Assembly: GCA_963711485.1 (NCBI GenBank)
Contig: CAVQEM010000084.1
Location: 50,180-114,179, forward strand
Direction: 5' to 3'
Origin: an uncultured Actinomycetes bacterium
GTDB lineage: Bacteria; Actinomycetota; Actinomycetes; Streptosporangiales; Streptosporangiaceae
Length of the DNA: 64,000 bases
Under the pieces are notes generated by a model, which saw nothing but the letters and a program-made list of their open reading frames with translations, was not told where the DNA came from and searched no databases. How positions within the stretch are numbered: position 1 is the stretch's first letter; the number at the start of each line of letters is the position of its first letter. Below, piece by piece: positions 38,968 through 48,637 of this stretch. The position numbers were made by a program, and so were the translations under genes.

Positions 38968-39351
38968 GCTGAGATCCCGAACACGATCCAGATCACGGCG
39001 CCGAACCCCGGACCGTCTTTCACGAAGTTTCCCCCATTGATTGCGTTAAGCGGCGGATCATCATCGTAGGTCGCCATGATCCAGGAAATCCTCCCCGAGA
39101 GTGACCGGCTTTCGGTCATGGACATCATACAATTCCCGGGCCGGGGGTTCAGGTAAACATTCTAGGCTCTTATATCTTCTAATTTGCTTGCTGTTCCACC
39201 AGGTGCTTTTGGATTAACGCGCTATATCTCCGGTGCTATCCGGAAGAAGCACCAATCCACCCGAATCCTGGGCACCCGGGGCACGAGAGGCGCGGCGCCC
39301 GCGCACGAGACGCGCTGGCGGCGGGATTGACGTCCCTCGACACGGCGTTGG

Positions 39352-40767
39352 TCACCTCAGCCGGGCCGCGCTACTCCCCCTGGCCGGCCTGGGAGATGAC
39401 ACGGGGTCGACCGCGGCCGCGTGCTCCTCCATCGCAGCCAGCATCCGCTCATGCACGCCGTTCAGGCGGCCGCGATACGGGGCGGCGAGCCCGACTGCCC
39501 GGGTCAGCACCTGGTGGGGAACGGCCGACACGGTGGCATCGAACAGGGACCACGAAAGGTCGTCCAGCGCCGCGCGCACTGGCCCGGGCTCCTCCGTTCG
39601 CGCGCAGGTGTCGGCCAGTGCGCACATCCGCTCGTCCGCCGCGGAGACAGGTGCCGCCTCAAACGGGAACGCGTCAACGGCGGGGCACCACGACTGTCGG
39701 GCCCTCGTGGCCTCGAAAGAGCTGATCAGCGGGCTCACGTCACCCGCGGTCTCCGGGTCGTAGAGCCCGGGAAACGGCATGGCCTCGTACCCGCGGTCGT
39801 AGCCGCTGAAGTAGATGGGCGCCGCGGAACCGGTCCACGCGAGCACTCCGAGCGCCACATCCAGCAGGGTCACCGGCCAGCCGAGGTCACTGATGGCATG
39901 CACCCGCAGCGAGCCGGGCTGGGCGCCTGCCTCGGCGGCCAGCAGCAACCGCGCCGCCTGGAGTGCGGACTGAACGTAGAAGGCGATGCCGGTGTCGTGC
40001 AGGCGGATCACCCCGCCGTCACACCAGTCCAGCAGCCGGGCATGGACGATCGAGTTGTCGATCACGTGGGTGAACCTCGCGGCCGAGCAGGTGGCCAGCC
40101 CGCGCGCCGCTGCCTGCCAGAGCAGCCACTCGGCGACTCGCTTGGAGGCCGTGTACACCTCGGGTGAATAGGGACGCAGGGCCTTCCCGGTGGACGCGAA
40201 GATCACGTGCGGAACCTCGGACGAAGCGGCGGCGCTGATCACGTTGCAGGTGCCGAGCACGTTCGTGGTCACGGTGCGGTGCACCTCGTGCTCGGCCAGG
40301 CCCGGGTCCCGCTGGCCCGCGACGTGGAAAACGATGTCGGGTCTCGCCTGGTCGAAGACGGCGGCCAGCTGGTCTGCGTCCCTGATGTCCGCCTGGACAT
40401 ACTCGGCGCCCGGGAGCCGCGGCCACCCCTGGGTGATGCCGCGGCTGACGCTGACCAGCCGCGCGGGAGAGAACCGCGCCAGCTGTGCCATCAGCGCCGA
40501 ACCGATACACCCTGAGCCACCGGTGACCAGGATCCGCTTGCCCTGCAGGCAGGCGGCAAGGACGGGCCCCGGCAGGTCGATGTCTTTCCGGACCGCGGCC
40601 AGGAACCTGCCGTACTCTCCCTCCGCCTCCGGGCTGCTGGCGAGCAGCGCCCGCGTGAGGCTAGCCAGCCGCTGCCGCTCTTCGCCGGTCAGGCGCTGCC
40701 TGCCACGCGGCACCGCCTCATGCATCGCTGCGATTATCTCCGCGGCAGTCTGCACCATGCTCTCCAT
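39352..40767 (-). CDS. NAD-dependent epimerase/dehydratase (polysaccharide biosynthesis) with C-terminal extension
   Basis: KRILVTGGSGCIGSAL Rossmann motif and YTASK. Confidence 0.75.
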   Translation of the reverse strand: MESMVQTAAEIIAAMHEAVPRGRQRLTGEERQRLASLTRALLASSPEAEGEYGRFLAAVRKDIDLPGPVLAACLQGKRILVTGGSGCIGSALMAQLARFSPARLVSVSRGITQGWPRLPGAEYVQADIRDADQLAAVFDQARPDIVFHVAGQRDPGLAEHEVHRTVTTNVLGTCNVISAAASSEVPHVIFASTGKALRPYSPEVYTASKRVAEWLLWQAAARGLATCSAARFTHVIDNSIVHARLLDWCDGGVIRLHDTGIAFYVQSALQAARLLLAAEAGAQPGSLRVHAISDLGWPVTLLDVALGVLAWTGSAAPIYFSGYDRGYEAMPFPGLYDPETAGDVSPLISSFEATRARQSWCPAVDAFPFEAAPVSAADERMCALADTCARTEEPGPVRAALDDLSWSLFDATVSAVPHQVLTRAVGLAAPYRGRLNGVHERMLAAMEEHAAAVDPVSSPRPARGSSAARLR

Positions 40768-41120
40768 CGGTTCAGCGTCTAACTGTCTACCCGGGCACCT
40801 GTCACATCGGGGAACATTGACTTACCGGCATTAAGTGCCTTACATCACCCACAACGGCCTCCGTGCGTCGCGCAATCGTGCACTGAGGGTACATGAATGC
40901 CTGGCCATCCCGGGATGACTGCCAAAGCCGGCAGATTCACGGCAAAACTATTCCGCAGCTGCACCATGAGCCCGCAGACCGTACGCTAAGAGCTTCATGT
41001 GGCGATTTCACATCTTAAGGGCGCCTAGTCCCGGCATGATCCCCGGGCACTCGAGAAGTAGAGGGCCTCGGCTGAGAGAAGTATTCGTTTCACTGGCATT
41101 GAATTGGCTATGGTGGTGCC

Positions 41121-41933
41121 ATGACTCGCAGAAGCGAAGTTGGCATGACGTTTCGTCTGATCAGCCTGCCGGCGAGAAAACTGCTGACCTTGGCTGTCGC
41201 GGCGACGGTACCCCTGACCCTGGCCGGGGCCGCGCCGGCCAGCGCGTCGGCGGACGGGACGACCTGCAGGGCCTGGCAGGCCCTGCGGGTCACCGGGGCG
41301 GGCGGGCAGCACTACGTCATCAGGAACAAGCCCAGCGCTAACCACAACGACCTGGGGATGTGCGTCTCTGACCCGGGCCAGCGCGCGGCCTTCACCGTCA
41401 CGCGCTCCCCAGGAAGAGCGGCCTCGCTGAAGGTGCGGGCCTACCCCTACATCGGGGCCGGCTGCTTCGAGGGAGCGTGCCCCGCGAACGGCGAGGGCGC
41501 ACTGGACCGGGCAGGATCACTCGGCAACTACACCGTGCGCTGGACAACCGTGACACCGCCGGACAGCGGCGTGTATAACGCATCCCTGGACCTGTGGCTC
41601 GGCCCCCACGTCGGAGTCGGCGCATCGGAGATAATGATCTGGCTCCGGTATAGCAAGCCGTCGTGGTGGGTGAAGCAGTATCCGGCCGTGAACATCGACG
41701 GCGCGAAATGGTACATAGTGCCGCACGCCACGGCTCCGGGCCGCTACTACCTCTCGTTCCGGCGGGCCACTCCGGTGGCAGCGGCAAAGCTGCGGCTCGC
41801 GCCGTTCATGGCGGCAGCCGAGAAACGCGGCGCGCTCCGCGCATCCTGGCTGCTGTGGAGCGTCCAGGCTGGCTTCGAAATCTGGTCAGGCGGGAAGGGC
41901 CTGGCGGTCAGCAATTTCTCAATCACCCAGTAA
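41121..41933 (+). CDS. GH12-like secreted endoglucanase
   Basis: Signal peptide, then SEIMIWL and AGFEIWSGG, the two GH12 catalytic-Glu blocks. Confidence 0.7.
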   Translation: MTRRSEVGMTFRLISLPARKLLTLAVAATVPLTLAGAAPASASADGTTCRAWQALRVTGAGGQHYVIRNKPSANHNDLGMCVSDPGQRAAFTVTRSPGRAASLKVRAYPYIGAGCFEGACPANGEGALDRAGSLGNYTVRWTTVTPPDSGVYNASLDLWLGPHVGVGASEIMIWLRYSKPSWWVKQYPAVNIDGAKWYIVPHATAPGRYYLSFRRATPVAAAKLRLAPFMAAAEKRGALRASWLLWSVQAGFEIWSGGKGLAVSNFSITQ

Positions 41934-42725
41934 ATCCTGGACACGGGCGCCCAGCTTCCGGCATGGCTCCCCGGCCAGCCTTCCGGCATGGCTCGCCGAC
42001 CAGCCTTCCGGTAAGGCTCCCCGACCAGCCGCGGACGGGATTAACTGGCCCGACGCGCCCGCGAGCCGCGCCACGAAGGCCGCTGCCTGCGACCGCCGGT
42101 GCATTCCGAGCTTGGTAAGCACCGAGGACACGTAATTCTTGGCCGTCTTCTCCGACAAGAACATGTGCTCGGCAATCTGGCGGTTGGTCATGCCGTCACC
42201 GATCAAGTCCAGGACCCGCTTCTCCTGTGCGGAAAGGGCGGACACGGGAACTTCACCCGAGGCTCCTTCGCGCAGGCGCCGCATTACCCGCTGCGCGGCG
42301 TCAGCGTCGAGAGTGGACCGGCCGGCCGCAACCGCGCGGACAGCGTCTATCAGCTCGCTGCCAGACGCCTGCTTCGTCACATAGCCAGCCGCCCCCGCCA
42401 TGATGGCGCCCAGCAAAGCCCGGTCGTCCCCGTACGCCGTGAGCATCAGGCACGCCGTGCCGGGGAGCGCGGAACGTATCTCACGGCACACCGTCACGCC
42501 ATCCCCGTCCGGAAGGCGGACATCGAGCAGGCCGACATCCGGCCGCAGCACCAGCATGCGGTTCACCCCCGATTCGGCGGTCCCCGCCTCGCCGACTACC
42601 TCGATGTCAGTCTCTGCCTCAAGCAGATCCCTGAGCCCGCGGCGTACCACTTCGTGGTCATCAAGCAAGAACACGCGGATCGCCGCGCGATCGCCGTCAG
42701 TCCCCACGCCGGATGATTCACTCAT
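41919..42725 (-). CDS. NarL/FixJ (LuxR) family response regulator
   Basis: IRVFLLDDHEVVRRGL...LLDVRLPDGDG receiver and LSAQEKRVLDLIGDGMTNRQIAEHMFLSEKTAKNYV HTH. Confidence 0.8.
   Translation of the reverse strand: MSESSGVGTDGDRAAIRVFLLDDHEVVRRGLRDLLEAETDIEVVGEAGTAESGVNRMLVLRPDVGLLDVRLPDGDGVTVCREIRSALPGTACLMLTAYGDDRALLGAIMAGAAGYVTKQASGSELIDAVRAVAAGRSTLDADAAQRVMRRLREGASGEVPVSALSAQEKRVLDLIGDGMTNRQIAEHMFLSEKTAKNYVSSVLTKLGMHRRSQAAAFVARLAGASGQLIPSAAGRGALPEGWSASHAGRLAGEPCRKLGARVQDLLGD
41952..42025. repeat. 3 x ~25-nt tandem repeat (cagccttccggcatggctcgccgac)
   Basis: Read directly. Lies after the GH12 stop and inside the 3' tail of the LuxR ORF. Confidence 0.8.
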
Positions 42726-42870
42726 CGGACCCCCCGTTCCAACCGTCATCAACCGATGCGGCAGTGGGAGCAACCATCTCCCGATGCGGATGTTACTACG
42801 ATTTGCACTCAATATGCTACTCACCGTAAGCTGACGGTCTCAGCGCCGAACGCGTTGACCGGGAGGCACG

Positions 42871-44094
42871 GTGGCGGTGGATCCAGGCGGGCGGCGAGTG
42901 CTCGTGGTGGATGACATGGAGGCGATCCGTACCGTCATCCGCCGGGTGCTGACCGGAGTCGGATACCACGTTGATGTCGCCGCCTCGGCGCCGGAAGCCC
43001 GGTCGATGAACCCCGCCGGGTATGACGCGCTCCTGATTGACGCCCACCTGGGCCGGGAACGGGGAACCGCGCTGATCGAGGCGCTGGTGGCCGAGGACCC
43101 GGCCGCGGCCGGCCGGTGTCTCCTGATCACCGGCGGGACGCCGGACGTGGTCCCGGGGGGTGTCGTATGCCTCACCAAACCGTTCCGGGCGGATGAGCTG
43201 ATCGCCGCGGTGGGGGCGTTGCGGTCAGGCGAGTCCGCCGGCCGCCGGGATGCCGTCCCTGCTGGCCTGGGCGCACCGGCTGCCACCGCACCGGCTGCCA
43301 CCGCGCCGGCTGCCACCGCGGTCAACGGGGCGCCGCAGGGCCGTGAACCGGAGGGAGCGCCACCCGCCCCGCCCGCCGTATGGCAGCTTCTCGGTATCGT
43401 CCGGAGGCTCCGTGCTGGCGAGCGCGCCGCCATCGCGGACTTCATGCATGACGGCCCGCTTCAGGATCTCACGGCCGCCTTGCTGAACCTTCAGGCACTT
43501 CCGATGCTGCCGCCGGGCGATCTGGCGCCGCATGTCGATCAGCTGCGGCACCATGTGGAAGCAGCGGCCGGGTCCGTGCGCCAGCTGGTTGAGGATGGCG
43601 TCCTTTCCACCCAGGCCGAGGCCGGCCTGGATGGTATCGTCCGGCGGCGCACCGCCTGGCTGCCTTTCTCACCTGTTACTGCACAGTTCCAGCGCACTTC
43701 TGCGGAGCCCCGCACTTCTGCGGAGCCCCGCACTTCTGCCGAGCCCCGCACTTCTGCCGAGCCCCGCGCCGAGGCACCCGTCATCGCGGCGATCCTCGAG
43801 CTGGCCCTGTTCGCCCTGGCCGACGTCGCTCCGCCCAGCCGGGCTGACATCCTTGTCCAGGCCGGGGAGAAGGTGCTGGAAATCCTGCTGACGCTTACCC
43901 CGGTCGAGGGAATCCCCGAGGGAGCAGGCGACGCGGCAGCAGCTCACTTGTCCCTGGCAGGGCTGGCTCAGGCCCTGGGCGGCACCGCGCGCGGCAGGTT
44001 CGGGACATTCCCCTGGCGGGCCCGGATCCTGGTGCCGAGGGAGATTTTCTGCCCCGCCGTGGGGACCGGCGGGCCGAGAACGGTCCCCGGGTAG
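42871..44094 (+). CDS. receiver domain fused to a HisKA_3-like dimerisation domain and a degenerate ATPase region
   Basis: RVLVVDDMEAIR...LIDAHL..KPF, then ERAAIADFMHDGPLQDL (H-box). The N and G boxes are not recognisable. Confidence 0.65.
   Translation: MAVDPGGRRVLVVDDMEAIRTVIRRVLTGVGYHVDVAASAPEARSMNPAGYDALLIDAHLGRERGTALIEALVAEDPAAAGRCLLITGGTPDVVPGGVVCLTKPFRADELIAAVGALRSGESAGRRDAVPAGLGAPAATAPAATAPAATAVNGAPQGREPEGAPPAPPAVWQLLGIVRRLRAGERAAIADFMHDGPLQDLTAALLNLQALPMLPPGDLAPHVDQLRHHVEAAAGSVRQLVEDGVLSTQAEAGLDGIVRRRTAWLPFSPVTAQFQRTSAEPRTSAEPRTSAEPRTSAEPRAEAPVIAAILELALFALADVAPPSRADILVQAGEKVLEILLTLTPVEGIPEGAGDAAAAHLSLAGLAQALGGTARGRFGTFPWRARILVPREIFCPAVGTGGPRTVPG
43693..43764 (+). repeat. 4 x 18-nt tandem repeat encoding (TSAEPR)4
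   Basis: cgcacttctgcggagccc x4, with 2 point differences. Confidence 0.9.
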
Positions 44095-44195
44095 GGAAGA
44101 AACTCGCTGATCAGCCGGCCTACGCTCCTGGGATCTAGCTGGGCCCGTGCGGCTGGAGCACGGCAACCGGAGCTGCGCAAGCGGAAGGAGCGACG

Positions 44196-45299
44196 ATGCT
44201 CATCGGCGGTCAGGACATCCTGCTGCCCACCACGATGGTGGGCAACTACCCGAATCCACGGTGGTACGACGGGCACGCGTTCGCGACGCTGCCCAAAGGT
44301 GAATTCATCCACGACTCGATCAGCAAGGAAGCGTTCGAGGACGTCGTCGGCGCGATCGTGCGCGACCAGGAGGCAGCGGGCCTGGACGTGATCAGCGACG
44401 GCAAGGTGTACGGCGGGGACTCCCCGTACGGCACGATCCTGTACTACTACCTGGAGCGCATGTCCGGCTACCGGCTGTCCGGGCCGCCCATCGGACTCCC
44501 GATCTACTCCACGCTCTTCTCCCCCACCTGCGTCGGCGAGATCAGCCGGGAAGTCCCGTTCCATCTGGTCAACCTGCGCGCGGTCCGGAAGGCGACCAGG
44601 AAGCCGGTCAAGGTGTCCTACACCGGGCTGGGCGTGATCGCCGCGGCCACCACGAACCTGCACTACAAGGACACCAGAGAAGTCGCCATGGCGCTGGCCA
44701 AGGCATTCAACGAGGACTTCAAGGAACTCGCCGACAACGGCTGCGACATCATCCAGCTGGATGAGTTCGTCTGGCCGTACGGCATGGGCGACTGGGAGAT
44801 CGAGGCGCTCAATGCCTCGGTCGAGGGCGTGAACTGCGAGTTCTGGGTGCACACCTGCTGGGGCAACTACTCCGGCACGCCCGCCTACTTCCCGGACGAG
44901 ACCACGACCGAGTTCGGCGCGTTCGTGCTGGACAAGCGGGCCTCCGACGCCCCGGCCCCGGAGCGGGCCCACGCGATCTTCCCGCACGTGCTCGACGCGA
45001 ACATCACCGCGCTGAACTACGAGGTGGGCCGGACCGGGCCGGACGACCTCAAGCCGCTGACCGACAACAACTGGACCAAGCCGTTCGTGGCCGGGGTCAT
45101 CGACGTGAAGTCCACGGTGACCGAGAGCGCGGACGAGGTCGCCGACCGGATCAGGCAGGTCCTCGAGTACGTGCCCGCGGACCGGCTCGGCCTGTCCACC
45201 GACTGCGGGCTCATCAACCTGCCCCGGATGATCGCCGCGGGCAAGCTGCGCGCGCTGGCCGACGGCGCCGCGATGGTCCGGGCCGAAGTCCAGGGTTAG
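44196..45299 (+). CDS. MetE-fold zinc alkyltransferase, epoxyalkane:CoM transferase-like, copy 2
   Basis: 367 aa with GGAAGGAG RBS. FWVHTCWGN and STDCGL ligands. First gene of the CoM biosynthesis operon region. Confidence 0.75.
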   Translation: MLIGGQDILLPTTMVGNYPNPRWYDGHAFATLPKGEFIHDSISKEAFEDVVGAIVRDQEAAGLDVISDGKVYGGDSPYGTILYYYLERMSGYRLSGPPIGLPIYSTLFSPTCVGEISREVPFHLVNLRAVRKATRKPVKVSYTGLGVIAAATTNLHYKDTREVAMALAKAFNEDFKELADNGCDIIQLDEFVWPYGMGDWEIEALNASVEGVNCEFWVHTCWGNYSGTPAYFPDETTTEFGAFVLDKRASDAPAPERAHAIFPHVLDANITALNYEVGRTGPDDLKPLTDNNWTKPFVAGVIDVKSTVTESADEVADRIRQVLEYVPADRLGLSTDCGLINLPRMIAAGKLRALADGAAMVRAEVQG

Positions 45300-45303
45300 C
45301 GCG

Positions 45304-45388
45304 CGTCTCGTTGGCCCCGGCCTCAGGCCGCCGGGGGTACCGCCGGAGTACCGCCGGAAGTACCGAGTCGGCCGGGGCCAACGAAACG
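45304..45388 (+). promoter_or_regulatory. 85-nt hairpin (18/19-bp stem) with three gtaccgccgga repeats in the loop
   Basis: cgtctcgttggccccggcc ... ggccggggccaacgaaacg, in the 173-nt gap between EaCoMT-like copy 2 and comA. Confidence 0.5.
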
Positions 45389-45472
45389 GCGAAACCTCAC
45401 CCTGTCAGGACAGCGAAACTCGGATGCCCGCGTGCCTATGGTGCGACCACACCACAGAGCGGGAGGCGCACC

Positions 45473-46297
45473 GTGCCCGAGTGTCCCACCTTCCTCCGGC
45501 TGCCCGCCCGGGCGGCCAAGCCCCGGTCCCGTGGCGTCACGCACGTGCTGGACAGCGGGCTCACCCCGGAGGGCACCCGGGCCTTCCTGGGCCAGGCCGG
45601 GCACCTGGTGGACATCGTGAAGGTGGGGTGGGGCATCGGGTATGTCGATCCGGCGCTGGAGGAGCGGGTCGGCATCTGCGCGGACTATGACTGCCCGGTC
45701 TCGCCGGGCGGGACCCTGCTCGAGGTGGCCGCGCTGCAGGACCGGATCGGTGAGCTGCGGGACTGGGCGCTCAAGGTCGGGATGACCCACATCGAGGTGT
45801 CCAACGGGCTGCGGGCGCTCTCGGCCGGCCGGAAGCACGCCCTGGTCCGCGAGCTGGCCGCGGACTTCGTGGTGCTCGCGGAGACCGGCGCGAAAGAGGG
45901 GAACCACCCGCCCACCCCGGCGGAGTGGGCCGAGGAGATGGCCCGCGACCTCGACGCCGGCGCCACGTGGGTGATCGCCGAGGGCCGGGAGAGCGGCACC
46001 GTCGGTCTGTACCACCCGGACCAGGGCATCCGCGAGGATCTGGTGACGGCCATCCTGGACTGGATCCCCCAGGACAAGGTGATCTTCGAGGCCCCGGGCA
46101 AGAGCCAGCAGGCCTGGTTCATCCGCCAGCTCGGGGCGGACGTCAACCTCGGCAACATCGCGCCGGCCAGCGTCCTGGCCCTGGAAACGCTGCGGCTCGG
46201 CCTGCGCGCCGACACCGTCCCGGCCTGTGCTCCGGCACCGGGCGCTCCGGCACCGGGCGCCCTCGGCACCTCGGCGCCCTGGCCTGAGATGCCCTGA
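45473..46297 (+). CDS. comA: (2R)-phospho-3-sulfolactate synthase
   Basis: GTG at 45473, 7 nt after GGGAGG. KPRSRGVTHVLDSGL, VDIVKVGWG and HIEVSNG are ComA family blocks. Confidence 0.85.
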   Translation: MPECPTFLRLPARAAKPRSRGVTHVLDSGLTPEGTRAFLGQAGHLVDIVKVGWGIGYVDPALEERVGICADYDCPVSPGGTLLEVAALQDRIGELRDWALKVGMTHIEVSNGLRALSAGRKHALVRELAADFVVLAETGAKEGNHPPTPAEWAEEMARDLDAGATWVIAEGRESGTVGLYHPDQGIREDLVTAILDWIPQDKVIFEAPGKSQQAWFIRQLGADVNLGNIAPASVLALETLRLGLRADTVPACAPAPGAPAPGALGTSAPWPEMP

Positions 46298-46298
46298 C

Positions 46299-47282
46299 GT
46301 GATCGCCGAGCCCGCTCCCAACACGATCACCCGGCCCTACCGCGGCCTGTCTGTGCAGGACGTTGACGTGCCGCTCACCCCGGCCGGCATCGGGGGCCTG
46401 CTGAGTCACCGGGAGATCTACCGGCGGACCGCGTTCCTGGTGCTCCGCAACGGTGAGCAGACCGCGCTCGTGGCGGTCCGCCCCGCCGATCCCGGCCCGC
46501 TGTTCTCCCCGGTCGCGGAGCTACGCGTGCTCTCCGGCCCGGCCAGCACGGCCTGGATCACCGATGGGGATGCCGACGTGGGCAACGCGTCCTCGCTCGC
46601 CGCGGTCGCGCTCAAGCATCAGCGTGACGGCGTGCTCGCCTACGTGGTCCAGGGAAAGTTCGAGCACGTCAACTTCATCTGGCGGCCCGCCCCGGTCCAG
46701 GTCCGGGTCACTGAGGTCGTCCCGCCGCACCCGCCGAAACTGCTGGCCATGGCCGAGCAGGTGGTCGCCTACGACGAAGACCTGCCCCCGCTCGACCTGG
46801 TCCTCGACGCCGTGGACGTGAGTGAGCTGGTCGCTGCTAACCCGGCGCCGCACTACCTGCTGCCCTGCCGCGGCAGCGGCATGCCCGCCGGCCAGCAGGT
46901 CAGCTTCCTGGACACCCACCCGCCCTACCACGACGACTGGCTGCTCATCGGCTGCGAGCGCTCGCGCCAGTTCCACGAGCATTTTTACCTAACGGAATCG
47001 TCCCGGGTCGATCTCTGCCCGAAAGCGAGGGCAGGGGCGGGCCAGACCGGGGAGCGGGTACTCACCAAATGCTGCCTCATGGAACGCGGCATAGAGGTTG
47101 ACGGCACGACCGCCGTGGTGCCGTGGGGCGCCAACCTTGACGAAGTACGGGCCGCCCTCCGGGCCCTCTGCGGCATCCCGCCGGTGGACATGGGCGCGGC
47201 CGCCGGGGAAGCAGCGCCGGGCGCCGAGGCGCGCGCTGACGCCGCCCCTGCGGCCCCGGCACCGGGGGGCAGCCCGGCATGA
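46299..47282 (+). CDS. conserved-looking hypothetical protein, Cys-rich C-terminal half, embedded in the CoM operon
   Basis: GTG lies 1 nt after the comA stop and the gene ends in an ATGA overlap with the next gene. Contains LLPCRGSG, LLIGCERSRQFHEHFY, DLCPK and LTKCCLMERG. I recognise no domain. Confidence 0.6.
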   Translation: MIAEPAPNTITRPYRGLSVQDVDVPLTPAGIGGLLSHREIYRRTAFLVLRNGEQTALVAVRPADPGPLFSPVAELRVLSGPASTAWITDGDADVGNASSLAAVALKHQRDGVLAYVVQGKFEHVNFIWRPAPVQVRVTEVVPPHPPKLLAMAEQVVAYDEDLPPLDLVLDAVDVSELVAANPAPHYLLPCRGSGMPAGQQVSFLDTHPPYHDDWLLIGCERSRQFHEHFYLTESSRVDLCPKARAGAGQTGERVLTKCCLMERGIEVDGTTAVVPWGANLDEVRAALRALCGIPPVDMGAAAGEAAPGAEARADAAPAAPAPGGSPA

Positions 47283-48637
47283 CCAGCGCCCACCCCGCCG
47301 ACTCGGCGGTCTTCGGCCACCTCTGGACCACGCCGGAGGCCTCCGCCCTGTTCACAGACGAGGGGCGGACTCAGTCATGGCTGCAGATCCTGGCCGCGCT
47401 GGCCCGGGCCCAGGCGGACGCAGGCCTGGTGCCGCCGGCCGCCGCCGAGGCGATCCGGGCCCATGCCGAGGCCGGGCTGATCGACCTGGACCTGGTGGCG
47501 AAACTGACGCGGGAGACCGGGCACTCGACCATGGGCCTGATCCGGGCGCTGCGTGACGTGCTCCCGGAGGAGGCACGCGAGTGGGTGTACTACGGCGCCA
47601 CCGTGCAGGACCTGACTGACACATGGTTCGCGCTGGTGTTCCGGGCCGTGGGAGACATCGCGGAACGGGATGTGACGCGGATGCGGGACCGGGCCCTCGT
47701 CCTGGCCGGGGAGTACCGGGATACGCCGATGTGCGGGCGGACGCACGGGCAGCCCGGGCTCCCGATCACGTTCGGCTTCAAGGCGGCCGTGTGGGCCGCG
47801 GAACTCGACCGGCACCTGCAGCGGCTCCGGCAGGGCCGGGCCCGGTGGGAGGTCGTGCAGCTCGGCGGGGCGCTCGGGACGATGGAGTTCTGGGGCGACC
47901 GGGCCCTGGACCTGCTGGAGGGCTTCGCCGGGCAGCTGGGGCTCGGCGTTCCGGTGGTGCCCTGGATCACGGCGCGGGACGGGGTGGCCGAGTTCATCTG
48001 GCTGCTCGCCGCGATCTCCGCGACGGCCGGCAAGATCGGCAACGAGGTCTACCAGCTGCAGCGGCCGGAGATCGGGGAGCTGCGGGAGTCGTTCACCCCC
48101 GGCACGGTCGGGTCGATCACCATGCCGCACAAGCGCAACCCGGAGATCTCCGAGCACCTGGTCACCCTGTCGCGGGTGATCCGGGCCCAGGCCGCCGTGG
48201 CCCTGGACGGGATGCTGTCCGAGCACGAGCGGGACGGCCGGGCGTGGAAGGCCGAGTGGCTGGTGGTGCCGGAGACCTCGATGGCGTTCGCGGCCTGCGC
48301 AGGATCCGCGGCCCGGATGCTGGACGGGTTGGGGGCCGACCCGGCCCGGATGCTCGCCAACATCGACAGCCACCGCGGCTACCTGCTGTCCGAGCCGGTC
48401 ATGCGGGCGCTGGCCGACCGGCTCGGCAAGCACTCCGCGCACGACAGCGTGTACGCCGCGGCCATGCACGGCATCGACTCCGGGCAGGACTTCCGCACCG
48501 CGCTGCGCGCGGACACCAGGCTGGACGCGATCCCCGACGCCGAACTCGACACGCTGCTCGAGGTACGGTCCTCGCTCGGCTCGTGCGCCGCGTTCGTGGA
48601 CCGGGTCCGGCGGGAGTGCGCGGGTGCAGGGCGGTGA
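47279..48637 (+). CDS. aspartase/fumarase-superfamily lyase, adenylosuccinate-lyase-like (XcbC/XcbD-type candidate)
   Basis: GRTHGQPGLPITFG and the signature loop GSITMPHKRNP. Confidence 0.8.
   Translation: MTSAHPADSAVFGHLWTTPEASALFTDEGRTQSWLQILAALARAQADAGLVPPAAAEAIRAHAEAGLIDLDLVAKLTRETGHSTMGLIRALRDVLPEEAREWVYYGATVQDLTDTWFALVFRAVGDIAERDVTRMRDRALVLAGEYRDTPMCGRTHGQPGLPITFGFKAAVWAAELDRHLQRLRQGRARWEVVQLGGALGTMEFWGDRALDLLEGFAGQLGLGVPVVPWITARDGVAEFIWLLAAISATAGKIGNEVYQLQRPEIGELRESFTPGTVGSITMPHKRNPEISEHLVTLSRVIRAQAAVALDGMLSEHERDGRAWKAEWLVVPETSMAFAACAGSAARMLDGLGADPARMLANIDSHRGYLLSEPVMRALADRLGKHSAHDSVYAAAMHGIDSGQDFRTALRADTRLDAIPDAELDTLLEVRSSLGSCAAFVDRVRRECAGAGR

Noticed and set aside
38895-39128. 77-aa ORF with one hydrophobic segment upstream of, and overlapping, the GT2 synthase start
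   Set aside because: There is no motif support, it overlaps the GT2 N-terminus by 73 nt, and its start lies in the AT-rich promoter region. It may be real but cannot be supported from sequence alone.
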